Below are positions 1-10,000 of a stretch of 40,644 nucleotides of DNA, in pieces. The position numbers and the translations under genes were made by a program. The stretch is taken from assembly GCA_033762915.1 (NCBI GenBank), contig JANRLD010000105.1, positions 1 through 40,644 on the forward strand. The letters are read 5' to 3'. Numbering within the stretch: the stretch's first letter is position 1; each line of letters starts with the position of its first letter. The stretch is from Meiothermus sp. (GTDB lineage: Bacteria; Deinococcota; Deinococci; Deinococcales; Thermaceae). The notes under the pieces are model-generated. The model was given only the letters and a program-made list of their open reading frames with translations, was not told the origin of the DNA and did not search any database.

Positions 1-272
1 GGTTGCGACAGGCCAGCGGGCGTGCAAAAACCGCGCCACACCCGATCTCGGATTCATATAGCGCCAGGGCCAATCTGCAAGACGAGCGGGGGTGAAAATG
101 GCGTTCCTGGAGCAATTCCCCACGGGAGCTGGCAGGCGACATTTCGCACTCCATCTATGGCACTCGCACGGCCGCAGTCAGCTCGAGAACGGCCGTCGTT
201 CCTCGAAGCCGTTTCGTCCGCCCGGAGCCGCCACACTCTTCACGGCGTTACACTGAACTTTAAAAGTTAAAG

Positions 273-1769
273 TTATTCGGCATAGGAAAACGCCTCAGCA
301 TAGCGGCGGCGCACCTCCCGCCACCGCCCGGCCTCCTCGGCGGACTCGCACAGGCGCCCGATGGCCGCCCAGACCACGCTGCCCCGCACCACCACGGGGT
401 TGCCAAACTGCCGCACAAACAAGCCCAGCCGGTGGCGGTTGGTGCGGAGCGCACCCGCCGACATTCCCTCGGTCTGGCCCTCGAGCAGCTTCACCAGCGC
501 CGTGGTGTTGGGGTGGGTTACGCCCGCGATGGTTAGCCCGGCGGGGTTGACCCACAGCTGTTGGCCCTGGGCCGATTCCCCGAGCGCGGCGCACGGCTCG
601 GGCAGGGCCAGCAGCAGGGCTGTGGCGTGGGGCATCCCGCGCGGCAGTAGGCGCAGGATCAAGGACTGAGGGTGGATGCGCTGGGTGAGCAGCGCGTGGG
701 TCTCTTGGACCAGTTGTTCCAGGCTGTACTCCTGTAGCTGTTCGGGGGCCAGCAAACTCAGTTCGATCAACCCCATGTCGCGCACCACCCGAATATCCCA
801 CTCGCAGCGTGGGATGAAGGCGGCCTGGAAGTGCTCGAGGGCCGCCGCGAACTCGCCCCGGCTAAGCCGCGCCCACCCGAAGGCCAGGTTCCACTCGGCG
901 TGCGGGCGCGGGTGGAAGCTGGGGTCGGGCGGCGGGCCGCCCAGGATGAACTCGGCGTCCAGACCCAGCAGCCCCTTGATGGCGTGCAGCCTTCCCTGGT
1001 AGCGGGCATCGAGTCTCCCCCAGTCGCTCTGGTCGTCGAGGTGGTTGAGCACCAGCATCAGCTCGACAAAGTGCCGCCCGTTGAGGGGCCTGGGCACTTC
1101 CAGGGTAAAGCGCATGGCCTTGTCGTAGAGCCCCTGCCTGGCCAGGAGACGCACCAGGGCCAGGTAGGCCATCACCCGCGACTCCTGCGCGGGCGCCGCG
1201 CTTGCCTGTTCGCGCAGGTACGCCTCGCGCTCGGCCAGCTCGAGGCCGGTCTCGTCCAGCGACCCCTCGCACTCCTCGGCGTGGAGCCTGCAGACCAGGG
1301 CCAGCGAGCCCATCCCCGCGTCAGCCGCCCGAGCCTCAGCCTGGCGGGCCAGCGCCGCCGCCTGGCGGTACTGGGAGAGGTGGAAGTTGGCCTTGGACTG
1401 CTCCAGCCACAGCCGGGCCCGGGCCTCGGCGTGGAGCGGGGCGGGCAGACTATCCAGGCTCTGCGGGGCCGTCGCCAGCACCTCGGCGAAGCGGTGCTGC
1501 TCTACCCAGATCGCCAGCTGGACGGCCTGAACCAGCGGTTGCGGCTCGGCCGCATTCAAGACGCCCTGTGCCTCCTCGAGCCGCCCCAGCATCAGCAGCA
1601 GATAGGCCAGCCGCGCGTCGCGCAAAGGGGCCGGGGCCTGCCGCTGCAGATCCGCCAACAGCCCCATCCCAGGCTCGGCGCTGTGGGCGTCCCAGGCGCG
1701 ACTCGAGGCAAGAATAGCGGAGAGATTCATGGGCGGACTCGAGGGCAAGAAGGCATGGTCTCGCCGCAT
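273..1769 (-). CDS. Hypothetical alpha-helical (TPR-like) protein, possibly regulatory
   Basis: 498-aa ORF with host-like codon usage and Ala/Leu-rich helical repeats (e.g. LWLEQSKANFHLSQYRQAAALARQA). TATGGT lies 5 nt before the ATG, suggesting a leaderless start; an alternative ATG is at 1730. Confidence 0.7.
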   Translation of the reverse strand: MRRDHAFLPSSPPMNLSAILASSRAWDAHSAEPGMGLLADLQRQAPAPLRDARLAYLLLMLGRLEEAQGVLNAAEPQPLVQAVQLAIWVEQHRFAEVLATAPQSLDSLPAPLHAEARARLWLEQSKANFHLSQYRQAAALARQAEARAADAGMGSLALVCRLHAEECEGSLDETGLELAEREAYLREQASAAPAQESRVMAYLALVRLLARQGLYDKAMRFTLEVPRPLNGRHFVELMLVLNHLDDQSDWGRLDARYQGRLHAIKGLLGLDAEFILGGPPPDPSFHPRPHAEWNLAFGWARLSRGEFAAALEHFQAAFIPRCEWDIRVVRDMGLIELSLLAPEQLQEYSLEQLVQETHALLTQRIHPQSLILRLLPRGMPHATALLLALPEPCAALGESAQGQQLWVNPAGLTIAGVTHPNTTALVKLLEGQTEGMSAGALRTNRHRLGLFVRQFGNPVVVRGSVVWAAIGRLCESAEEAGRWREVRRRYAEAFSYAE

Positions 1770-1902
1770 CTCCCACCATAGGGGCGCAAAACCACCTTCC
1801 GCGCCGGGTATTCGCGGGGACCGCCCTCAGTCTACCAACGCGGCGTCTGCTCGAGGCCAGATGCCCGGCCTCACCCCTGATTACCCCGCCTCGGACCTGT
1901 GG

Positions 1903-4041
1903 TCAGCCGGCAGTCTGAGCGCACGGCAGCGTCACCGTAAAGGTGGTGCCCCTCCCCACCCGCGACTCGACTCCGATCCGCCCGCCGTGGGCCTCCACGA
2001 TCACCCTGCTGATGAACAGGCCCAGCCCGGTTCCCGGCATCCCTCGAGCAGCCTCGGTGCGGCCCTGGCCGAAGCGCTGGAACAGCTTGGCCTGCTCGGC
2101 AGGCGGGATGCCCGCGCCGGTATCCTCGATCTGGATGCTGACCTCGGCGGCGCTCGAGGCCGCCGTAAGGCGTACCATGCCGCCCCTGGGGGTGAACTTA
2201 AAGGCGTTAGAGAGCAGGTTGCCGACCACCTGGGCCAAGCGCTCGAGGTCGGCCTGTACGGCGGGCAGCGGCGGAAGGTCCACCTCGAGGACCACCTGGC
2301 TCAGGCGGGCCACCCCCTCGAAGGCCCTGGCGGCCTCCAGCAGGGTGGGCTCGAGCCGTGCGGGGCGCAGTAAAACCTCGAAGTGGCCCGCGTCGAGCTT
2401 GGAGGCGTCGAGCAGGTTGCTGATCATGTTGCGCAGCCGCACCCCGTTCTCGTAGCTGATCTGGAGCATCTGGGCGTTGTGGGGGTCGGGCTCGGACTCG
2501 AGCATCAGCTCGGTGAAGCCCATGATGGCGGTGAGGGGGGTGCGCAGTTCGTGGGAGACCGAGGCGATAAACTCGTTCTTGGCCCGCTCGGCCCGCTTCT
2601 GCTCGGCGATGTCGCGCACGTTGAGCACCAAGCCCCCCACGGCAGGGTCGGCCAGCAGGTTGCGGCCCCAGACCTCAGCCCAGATGGCCTGGCCCCGGTG
2701 GTCGAGCAGGCGCAGCTCCGCGCGCAGGGTGGTCTCGGGCTTCTGGCGCAAGCGGTCGAAGAGTTCGGCAGCCTTGGGTCGGTCGTCGGGGTGGAGGAAG
2801 TCCATGGCCTGGATGGGGGCGCTCCGGTAGCCCTCGGGGTCGTAGCCCAGCACGCTGCGGGCGTTGGGCGAGACGTAGATCAGCAGGCCCGCCTCGTCGA
2901 GCACATAGACCACGTCGTGGCTGTTCTCCAGCAGGGCGCGGAACCAGCGCTGGCGGCGGCCCTCGTCAGCCAGCAGCCGGGCCTTGAGCATGGCCAGGGC
3001 GATCAGCTCGGCGGCCTGCTGGGCCTTGGCAATCTCCTCCGGGCGGAAGCTGCGCAGGCTGTGGAAGCCCACGATCACCGCCCCCAGCGGGCGGCCCTGG
3101 GCGATCAGCGGCAGCACCAGCGCCGAGCGGGTGGGAAACAGCCTGGCCAGACGGGGGGAGATGTAGGGGCTGTCGAGCACGTCCTCCACGGCCAGAGGGC
3201 GACCCAGCCGCAGGGCGTGCTCGGTCAGGGTGGGTTCGCCGTCCTGGGGGCGCACGCCACGGTAGAGGGCGCTCGAGATGCCGTGGGCCACCACCGGGCG
3301 CACGCTGCGGCTGGTCTCGTCCCACAGCGCCAGGTGGGCGCTGTCGGCACCGAACAACTCGGCTATGCGGGCCACCAGGGTCTGCATCAGGGCCTCGAAG
3401 CCGTCGTGCTCGAGGGTCTCGCGGGTGATCTGGGCCAGCAGGTGCAGGAACTCACCCTGCTCGGCCAGCGCGGCCTGCCGGGCCTTCGACTCCTCGTAGA
3501 CTCGAGCGTTGCGGACCGCCAGCGCGGTCGAGCGGGCCAGCAGCGGCAGCAGACGGCGGGTCTGGGGCGGGAGCTGGCCCTCCAGCGAGAGCACCCCAAT
3601 AGCCCCGAAGTGCGGGCAGCTGGGGCACTGCCCGGCGCGCCGTTCGGGCTCGACCTTCGGGGTCAGGGCGCACAGCCGCCGGGGGTCTGTCCAGCAGAAG
3701 GGCTTGCCGCCCGCCGGGCTGGGGCTGACCACAATGGGCAGCAGGTGATCCTCGCGCACCCGCATCCCCTCCTCCGGGGCAAAGAAGGCCTGCTGCACCA
3801 CCCCCTCCACCACCAGCGGCAGGGCCAGGGTGGAGACGGTGCGGTCGGAGGCCACCTCGCCGCGCAGCTCGGCGGTTTCGGGGTGGTACAGGAAAACCGC
3901 CGCCTGGTGCACCTCGAGCGCCTCGGTGGCTACCTGCAGGATGTTACGCAGCACCGGGCGCAGCTCGAGGTCGGAGAGCAGGGCCTCGTGGAAGCGGGCC
4001 AGCAGCAGGGCTGGCTCGACGGGGCGGGGGCGGTGGCGCAT
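1903..4041 (-). CDS. Cytoplasmic GAF-GAF-PAS sensor histidine kinase
   Basis: H-box SHELRTPL, N-box NLLSNAFKF, G-boxes DTGAGI and GTGLGL, PAS (YVSPN...FLHPDD) and two GAF-like regions. No transmembrane segment is evident. Confidence 0.93.
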   Translation of the reverse strand: MRHRPRPVEPALLLARFHEALLSDLELRPVLRNILQVATEALEVHQAAVFLYHPETAELRGEVASDRTVSTLALPLVVEGVVQQAFFAPEEGMRVREDHLLPIVVSPSPAGGKPFCWTDPRRLCALTPKVEPERRAGQCPSCPHFGAIGVLSLEGQLPPQTRRLLPLLARSTALAVRNARVYEESKARQAALAEQGEFLHLLAQITRETLEHDGFEALMQTLVARIAELFGADSAHLALWDETSRSVRPVVAHGISSALYRGVRPQDGEPTLTEHALRLGRPLAVEDVLDSPYISPRLARLFPTRSALVLPLIAQGRPLGAVIVGFHSLRSFRPEEIAKAQQAAELIALAMLKARLLADEGRRQRWFRALLENSHDVVYVLDEAGLLIYVSPNARSVLGYDPEGYRSAPIQAMDFLHPDDRPKAAELFDRLRQKPETTLRAELRLLDHRGQAIWAEVWGRNLLADPAVGGLVLNVRDIAEQKRAERAKNEFIASVSHELRTPLTAIMGFTELMLESEPDPHNAQMLQISYENGVRLRNMISNLLDASKLDAGHFEVLLRPARLEPTLLEAARAFEGVARLSQVVLEVDLPPLPAVQADLERLAQVVGNLLSNAFKFTPRGGMVRLTAASSAAEVSIQIEDTGAGIPPAEQAKLFQRFGQGRTEAARGMPGTGLGLFISRVIVEAHGGRIGVESRVGRGTTFTVTLPCAQTAG

Positions 4042-4144
4042 CTGCGTACCCTAGACCTTTACCGTTACCAGCCTATGGGATTGGGCCACAAATAACAGTT
4101 CAAAACGCACAGGGACGGCGGGGGCGGCTACCTACAATCGGGTT

Positions 4145-4810
4145 GTGCTTACGGTACTGGTGGTCGACGACGAGCCAAGCCTGCGGGCCTTGCTCGAGAT
4201 GGCCCTGGAACGCGAGGGCTACCGCGTCCTGCTAGCGGAGAACGGGCGCGAGGCGCTGCACCTGCTCAACCAGGCCGACCTGGTGGTGCTGGACATCTCG
4301 ATGCCGGTGATGGGCGGCCTCGAGACCCTCGAGACCTTGCGCGAGGACTGGCCCGAGCTGCCGGTGCTGATCCTCACCGCCCACGACTTCGAGGAGGACC
4401 GCGTGCGGGGACTGCACCTGGGGGCCGACGACTATATGGGCAAGCCGCCCAAGACCCGCGAACTGCTGGCCCGCGTGGCCGCGCTGCTGCGCCGCACCAA
4501 GCGCCAGAAGCGGCTCCAGATCGGTGCGCTCGAGTTCGACACCCACAACGAGAAGGCCTACCGCGACGGCCTGCCCCTCGAGCTGTCCCCCAAGGAGTTC
4601 CGGCTGCTGCTCACCCTGGCCCGCCACGCGGGCCAGACCCTCCCCCGCAGCACCCTCTTCGCCCAGGTTTGGGGCCTCGACCCCGAGGTGGACGAGCGCA
4701 TTGTGGACAGCTACATCGCCCGCCTCCGCAAAAAAATCGGCGACAACCCCAAGAACCCCCGCTTCCTCGAAACGGACTTCGGGCGCGGGTACTATTTGAA
4801 GGCCAGCTGA
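4145..4810 (+). CDS. OmpR/PhoB-family response regulator
   Basis: Receiver motifs VVDDE, LDISMP and GADDY, plus a winged-helix C-terminus (IARLRKKI...GRGY). GTG start lies 6 nt after TACAAT. Confidence 0.95.
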   Translation: MLTVLVVDDEPSLRALLEMALEREGYRVLLAENGREALHLLNQADLVVLDISMPVMGGLETLETLREDWPELPVLILTAHDFEEDRVRGLHLGADDYMGKPPKTRELLARVAALLRRTKRQKRLQIGALEFDTHNEKAYRDGLPLELSPKEFRLLLTLARHAGQTLPRSTLFAQVWGLDPEVDERIVDSYIARLRKKIGDNPKNPRFLETDFGRGYYLKAS

Positions 4811-5540
4811 GCGGCGCATACCACCCAGCCAACCTCCTGTCCCGGCAGACCACACCTACCGGCTCGTCCACACCACTCTGGTGGGCCCCCACAGACCCCC
4901 AGTGCGGACCGCGCCAGCTATATCCTCACCGCGAAGAATAACCGGCATGGCACTGCTGTGTCCTATTTGTTTTGGTGTTTGCGCATTGCCGACCGAGACA
5001 AAGTGGGCGAACTGCTGCCCGCCTGCCCAGGTTCCCGACGCTGTTTCGACGCCGCGCTCGACGCGAAAGCGGTTTTGGCCTACGGCAGACTTCCGCCCCA
5101 ACTCAGCAATCTGGGGCCGATATCCGCCCCGAGCCTGGGCTCAGCAAGGCCGGCATCGACTCGAGGGCCACCGCGCCTCTCGCGGGAACCGCTCTCAACC
5201 TTGTATGGCAGGACCACAAGATCGAATCTGCCGCGCTGCGCCCTGCCAGGGAACCCTCGAGCGGGTTCTTGATGTATTCAGCCGGTGGCGCAGTCCCCGG
5301 TATGTAGCAGGCCCGGTTTTGCGCAGCCAGTATGCGGACACCCATGGCGCGATTCGCTCTTGCTCGGTACGTGGAGGGGCTTACCGCGAACCGCTGTAAA
5401 GCGACTGCCCCTACGTCAACCCAGGGACAACTTCGGGGTGTTTTACTCCCAGGGGTGACAGTTACAACTTAGTCACAGATTTATTCTAATTTACCCTCGT
5501 TGGGCAGGACATGCCCGACGCAGCAGAAAGGATACATACC

Positions 5541-6053
5541 ATGAATAAAGTACAGGCTCTACTAGCAGGTCTTCTGGTTCTCAGCATGGGCGCGGCTTTT
5601 GCCCAGACCGCCCCCTCCGCCTCCCAGTCGGTGAGCGTGACCGTCCAGACCCTCGAGGAGATCGCCGTCTCCAGCGGCGGCGAGGTCAGCGACTCCATCT
5701 CCAACCCCGATGTGATCCGCGCCGGGAACTACACCCGCGACATCGCCACCGAGTTGACCTACACCACCAACGCCGACGCCAACCGCAAGATCACCGCCGC
5801 CGCCAGCTACACCAACCCCGCCGGAACCAGCTTCTCGGCCTCGGTGCTGGCCAGCGGTTTCACCGCCTCCAACGGCTCGGTGGCGCTCTCCGGCGACGCC
5901 GCCCTCGGCGCCAACCCCGTGGATCTGGTCAGCGGGATCAAGAACGTGGCATGGGCCAGGGCCAACTTCACCCTGCGCGTGGCCATCCCCGACGTGCCCC
6001 TGATCCAGGGTAGCTACCAGGTCAGCGTGGTCTACACCCTGATGGGCTACTAA
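5541..6053 (+). CDS. Secreted pilin-like / fimbrial major subunit candidate
   Basis: GAAAGGA RBS, Sec signal peptide (AAFA|Q), S/T/A-rich beta protein, C-terminal GSYQVSVVYTL strand. Confidence 0.65.
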   Translation: MNKVQALLAGLLVLSMGAAFAQTAPSASQSVSVTVQTLEEIAVSSGGEVSDSISNPDVIRAGNYTRDIATELTYTTNADANRKITAAASYTNPAGTSFSASVLASGFTASNGSVALSGDAALGANPVDLVSGIKNVAWARANFTLRVAIPDVPLIQGSYQVSVVYTLMGY

Positions 6054-6183
6054 ACCAACGGGCCAATACGGCGGTTCCCACCAGCACCCGCACGCCACGA
6101 CTTGGCGCGGGTAGGGGTGGGAGCCGCCGTAGCAAGAGGGCGGGGCCGCACAACCCCGCCCGCTCCTTGAGGGAGGATCACCC

Positions 6184-6969
6184 ATGACCACACGCTTGCT
6201 CTTCTCTTTCGCAGTGCTGCTGGGCCTGGCCTCGGCCCAGAGCTTCAACGTCTCGAGCCCCCTGGTCGAGAGCTTCACCGTCTCCCCCGGCGGCGAGGTG
6301 CAGGGCGAGCTGGTGCTCACCAACACCACCGACCAGCCCCAGGCCCTGCGCCTCGCACAGGGCGACTACCAATTCGTGGCAGGCGGCACCCGCTTCGAAG
6401 CCCCCGGCTCGATGCAGCGCTCCAATGCCCGCTGGCTGACCCTCAGCCGCCTCGAGGTCGCGCTCCCGCCCAAAGGCCGGGTGACGGTGCCGTACACCCT
6501 CAGGGTGCCCACAGGCCAGCTCGAAGGCAGTTTCTGGAGCGCAATCTTCGTCGAGCCGGCGCAGGCCGAGGTGGTGGCGGCGGGCGGGCAGGTGGGGGTG
6601 GGGGTGACCCAACGGCTGCGCTACGCGGTGCAGATCCTGGCCAACATCGGCGACAGCGGCGAGCCCAAGCTGGTCTTCCAGAACCCCAGGCTGCTCAAGG
6701 ACGGCAAGACCCGCATCCTCCAGGTCGAGGTGCGGAACCAGGGCAACCGCTTCGTGCGCCCCGACGGGCGGGTGGAGCTGTACACCGAGGAGGGACGGCT
6801 GACCCGCAGCGTGGAGGCCGATCGGGTGGTGATCCTGCCGGAGGCGGTGGTGCTCCTGCGGATCGTGCTGGGCGAGGCGGCCCCGGGGCGCTACCAAGCC
6901 GCGCTGATCCTCGACGACGGCGGGCGCTTCGTCTTCGGGGCACGCTACCGCTTCACCGCGGGCGAGTAG
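6184..6969 (+). CDS. Periplasmic two-Ig-domain pilus chaperone-like protein
   Basis: GGAGG RBS, signal peptide, and the motifs GSFWSAIFVE, RYAVQI, NQGN and PGRYQA typical of PapD/DUF916-like two-domain proteins. Confidence 0.65.
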   Translation: MTTRLLFSFAVLLGLASAQSFNVSSPLVESFTVSPGGEVQGELVLTNTTDQPQALRLAQGDYQFVAGGTRFEAPGSMQRSNARWLTLSRLEVALPPKGRVTVPYTLRVPTGQLEGSFWSAIFVEPAQAEVVAAGGQVGVGVTQRLRYAVQILANIGDSGEPKLVFQNPRLLKDGKTRILQVEVRNQGNRFVRPDGRVELYTEEGRLTRSVEADRVVILPEAVVLLRIVLGEAAPGRYQAALILDDGGRFVFGARYRFTAGE

Positions 6970-6977
6970 GTGCCGCC

Positions 6978-9410
6978 GTGCGCCGGGTCGGGTTGGCCTT
7001 CGCGGTCTTCCTGGGGCTGGCCTGGGGTCAGGGGCTGCAGCTCGAGGTGCTCTCGGCCCCCGAGGCCAAGCCGCGCCAGGCCCTCAGCCTGCTGCTGCGG
7101 GTAACCAACCCCGGCCCCACGGCGGTCGAGGCCGAGCCGCGCCTCGAGCTGCCCACCCGCTGGCAGATGCTGCTGCCGCCAGAGCCGGTCAAGCTCAAGG
7201 CGGGCGAGGCCTTCACCCTGCTGGCCGTCGTCCAGCCGCCTGCCCAGCTCGCCTCGGGCGAGTACACCCTGCGGATGCGCCTGGAAGGCGGCCCCGGTGT
7301 GTTGGCCGAGGCCCTGATCCGGGTGCGGGTGGCCCAGCAGCGCGGGCTCAGCCTGACCCTGCGCGAGAAGCCCGACTCGAGCCCCGCCGCGCCCTTCAGC
7401 GTGCAGTTCCTGCTCACCAACACCGGCACCGACGCCGAGGACATCCGGCTGCGGGCAGGGGCCGGGCTGTGCAAAGAGCTGCGCCTCGAGCCCGCCGAGC
7501 TGCGCCTGGCCGCTGGTCAGAGCCAGACCATCCGGCTCCACGCCACCCCGCCCGCCCGCCTCAGTCGCATCCAGACCGACACCCTCTGGCTGAGCGCCGA
7601 GACCGCCGCCCCCGCCGTGAGCGCCAGGGCCGTCGCGACCCTGACCCTCTTCCCCCCGCCCGCCTCGGTCTGGGCACGCCACTACACCCTGCCCGCCGAG
7701 GTGGGGCTGTCCTATGCCAGCGACGGCCCGCCACGCTTCACCGTGAAGGCCAGCGGACAGCCTTTCGACGGCAGGCCCGACCGCCTGAGCTTCCACCTCG
7801 AGCCCGGCGGCCTCCTGGCCCGCTACGAGCGCCCCGGCCTAGGCTTTAACCTGCACAAAGCTCCCAGGGGGAGCCTGAGCGCCGAGGTCTGGGGCGGCGA
7901 GGAGACCTGGGACGGGCGGCTGTTCGGGGCCTGGGACGGCAGCCAGCTCGGCGGCAGCCTGAACTGGCGGCCCGCGCCGGGGCGGCGGCTGGGCCTGAGC
8001 TGGTCGGGGCAGGCCGCCGACCCCATCGTGGGCGCCAACTGGGCGCAGTCTGGGGTGATCCTGCCCGCCGAATGGCTGCCGGGCTGCGACCTCGAGCAGG
8101 GCTGCCCCGATTTCGCCCAACCGCCGCCCATCCGCTACGGCCTCAAGCTGGGCTACGGGCGGCGGTTGCTGCGCACCGGGGAGGCGCTCGAGACGGCCCT
8201 CACGCTGGGATGGGGCGGTTCGGAGCTGGCCCTGGACTACGAGCGGCAAGGCCAGGGCTACAGCGACGCGCCGCTGGAGACGCTCGCCGCCAGCTTCGGC
8301 CAGACGGTCAGCCCCGCCTTCGGCTGGGGCCTGAACGCGGGCCTGAGCGCGTCGCGGGGCAAGACCTACCGCCTCGGCGGCCGCCTCAGCAGCGCCATCG
8401 GGCCACAGCGCGAAGACCGGCTCGAGGCCAGCCTCGGCCTCCAATACGCCGCCGAGACCGACCAGCTCTCCGGCGGGTTCGGCCTGAAGGCCACGCTGGC
8501 CCTCCCCAACGGCACCTTGCGCCAGACGGCGGGGCTCAGGGCGGCAGGGGGCGCCTGGGGTCTGGGCTACGAGGCCAGGCTGGGGCAGCGCTACGGCTGG
8601 GGCGACCTCGAGGCGGGCCTGGGCCTGCGCATGGGCTCCGGCACCGCAGCCCAGGTCGACGCCTCCGGCGCCGCCACCATCCCGCTGGGGCAGGGAACCC
8701 TGAAGACCGGCCTGGGCCTGGGCCTGGGCGCCCAAAGCAGCGCGCGCTTCGAACTCGGCTACAGCCTCCCCTTCGACTTGCCCATCCTCCCCCGGCGCGG
8801 CATCGGCGAGGTGGCGGGCCGCGTGACCGACGCGGACGGCCGTGGCATCGGCGGGGTGGTGCTGGTGCTGGGCGAGCTGGCCGCCACCACCGACGCCAGC
8901 GGACGCTTCTACTTCCCCGCCGCCCCAGCAGGGAAGCTCACCCTCTCGGCGGTGGGAGGCAGCTTCATCAGCACGCCCGCACTGCCCTACTCCCTCGAGC
9001 TACAGGCCGGCCAGCGCCTCGAGCTGGAGTTCCGGTTCCAGCCCGCCCGCTTCCTGCGCGGGGCGGTGCGGGTGGTTTACCCCGAGCGCCCCGAGCCGGG
9101 GGTCAGCTACGGCTTGGCCGGCGCCGACGAGGCCCGGCTGGTGCAGGGGCTGGTGGTCGAGTTGGAACGCGAAGGGCGGCTCGAGCGCGGCCTGACCGAC
9201 GAGTTCGGGCGCTTCGCCTTTGGGCCGCTGCCACCGGGGCGCTGGCGGGTGAAGGTCTACTGGGATCGGCTGACCCAGGCCTACGCGCTGGAAAACGGCG
9301 AGCTCGAGGTCCAGCTCGACTCCTCGAGCCAGGGCGAACTCGAGTTCCGGGTGCGTCCCCTGCCGCGCAGGATCAACTTCGAGCAGGAGCAGCCGGAGGA
9401 ACTGCCGTAG
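6978..9410 (+). CDS. Usher-like outer-membrane protein (N-terminal Ig domains, central beta-barrel-like region, C-terminal carboxypeptidase-regulatory-like domains)
   Basis: Signal peptide, two Ig repeats (VTNPG, LTNTG), alternating G/L/Y amphipathic strands, and GRVTDADG..TDASGRFYF and TDEFGRFAFGPLPPGRW repeats. Confidence 0.6.
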   Translation: MRRVGLAFAVFLGLAWGQGLQLEVLSAPEAKPRQALSLLLRVTNPGPTAVEAEPRLELPTRWQMLLPPEPVKLKAGEAFTLLAVVQPPAQLASGEYTLRMRLEGGPGVLAEALIRVRVAQQRGLSLTLREKPDSSPAAPFSVQFLLTNTGTDAEDIRLRAGAGLCKELRLEPAELRLAAGQSQTIRLHATPPARLSRIQTDTLWLSAETAAPAVSARAVATLTLFPPPASVWARHYTLPAEVGLSYASDGPPRFTVKASGQPFDGRPDRLSFHLEPGGLLARYERPGLGFNLHKAPRGSLSAEVWGGEETWDGRLFGAWDGSQLGGSLNWRPAPGRRLGLSWSGQAADPIVGANWAQSGVILPAEWLPGCDLEQGCPDFAQPPPIRYGLKLGYGRRLLRTGEALETALTLGWGGSELALDYERQGQGYSDAPLETLAASFGQTVSPAFGWGLNAGLSASRGKTYRLGGRLSSAIGPQREDRLEASLGLQYAAETDQLSGGFGLKATLALPNGTLRQTAGLRAAGGAWGLGYEARLGQRYGWGDLEAGLGLRMGSGTAAQVDASGAATIPLGQGTLKTGLGLGLGAQSSARFELGYSLPFDLPILPRRGIGEVAGRVTDADGRGIGGVVLVLGELAATTDASGRFYFPAAPAGKLTLSAVGGSFISTPALPYSLELQAGQRLELEFRFQPARFLRGAVRVVYPERPEPGVSYGLAGADEARLVQGLVVELEREGRLERGLTDEFGRFAFGPLPPGRWRVKVYWDRLTQAYALENGELEVQLDSSSQGELEFRVRPLPRRINFEQEQPEELP

Positions 9411-9457
9411 CGGCCCCCTGCAGACTAAGGGGCCGGCGAGTGCCGCAAGGGCGCAGC

Positions 9458-10000
9458 TCAGCCGCCGTTCTGCCGACGGACCGACTCGAGGTGATCGGCC
9501 CCCAGGCCCATCTCGCGCAGGAAGCCCAGGATCATCCCGGTCTTGCCCTCGACATAGCGGTCTATGTCGTAGGGGTATTGGCGGGCCAGCTCGAGCTTGA
9601 GCTTTGCGTAGGCTCGCACCGCCTCCGGGTGCGCGCGCAGGTAGTCGCGCAGCGCGAGGTGGTTGCGCAGCCCCAGGCTGCCCTGCGGGCAGACGTAGAG
9701 GTGGTGGCGCGGCAAGCCCTGCGGGGCCTCGAAGGCGTCCCGGCCCTCGATACCCAGGTCACCCCGGTGCGTGTAGCCCAGCGTGGCCAGGCGTCTCACC
9801 GCCAGCGGCAGGTATTCGGCGCCGGGGATCACCACATCGAGGTCGATGACCGGCTTGGCCGCCAGCCCCACCACCGAGGTGCTGCCGACGTGTTCGACCG
9901 ACAGCGCGAAGTCGGAGACCGCCGGCCAGATAAGCGCTTTGAGCCGCTCGAAGCCCACGGCCCACTCGGGGTTGTAGGCGGTGACGATAACTTTAGGCAT
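9458..10000 (-). CDS. GrpB-family nucleotidyltransferase-fold protein
   Basis: Motifs EHVGSTSVVGLAAKPVIDLD, HHLYV, RDYLRAHP and YVEGK. Confidence 0.9.
   Translation of the reverse strand: MPKVIVTAYNPEWAVGFERLKALIWPAVSDFALSVEHVGSTSVVGLAAKPVIDLDVVIPGAEYLPLAVRRLATLGYTHRGDLGIEGRDAFEAPQGLPRHHLYVCPQGSLGLRNHLALRDYLRAHPEAVRAYAKLKLELARQYPYDIDRYVEGKTGMILGFLREMGLGADHLESVRRQNGG

Noticed and set aside
256..275. AACTTT-A-AAAGTT dyad at the 3' end of the first gene
   Set aside because: It is short and its context lies outside the window, so it cannot be assigned.
4811..5400. Several short overlapping ORFs in the gap after the response regulator
   Set aside because: They have no RBS, atypical codon usage and no motifs, so none can be supported as a gene.
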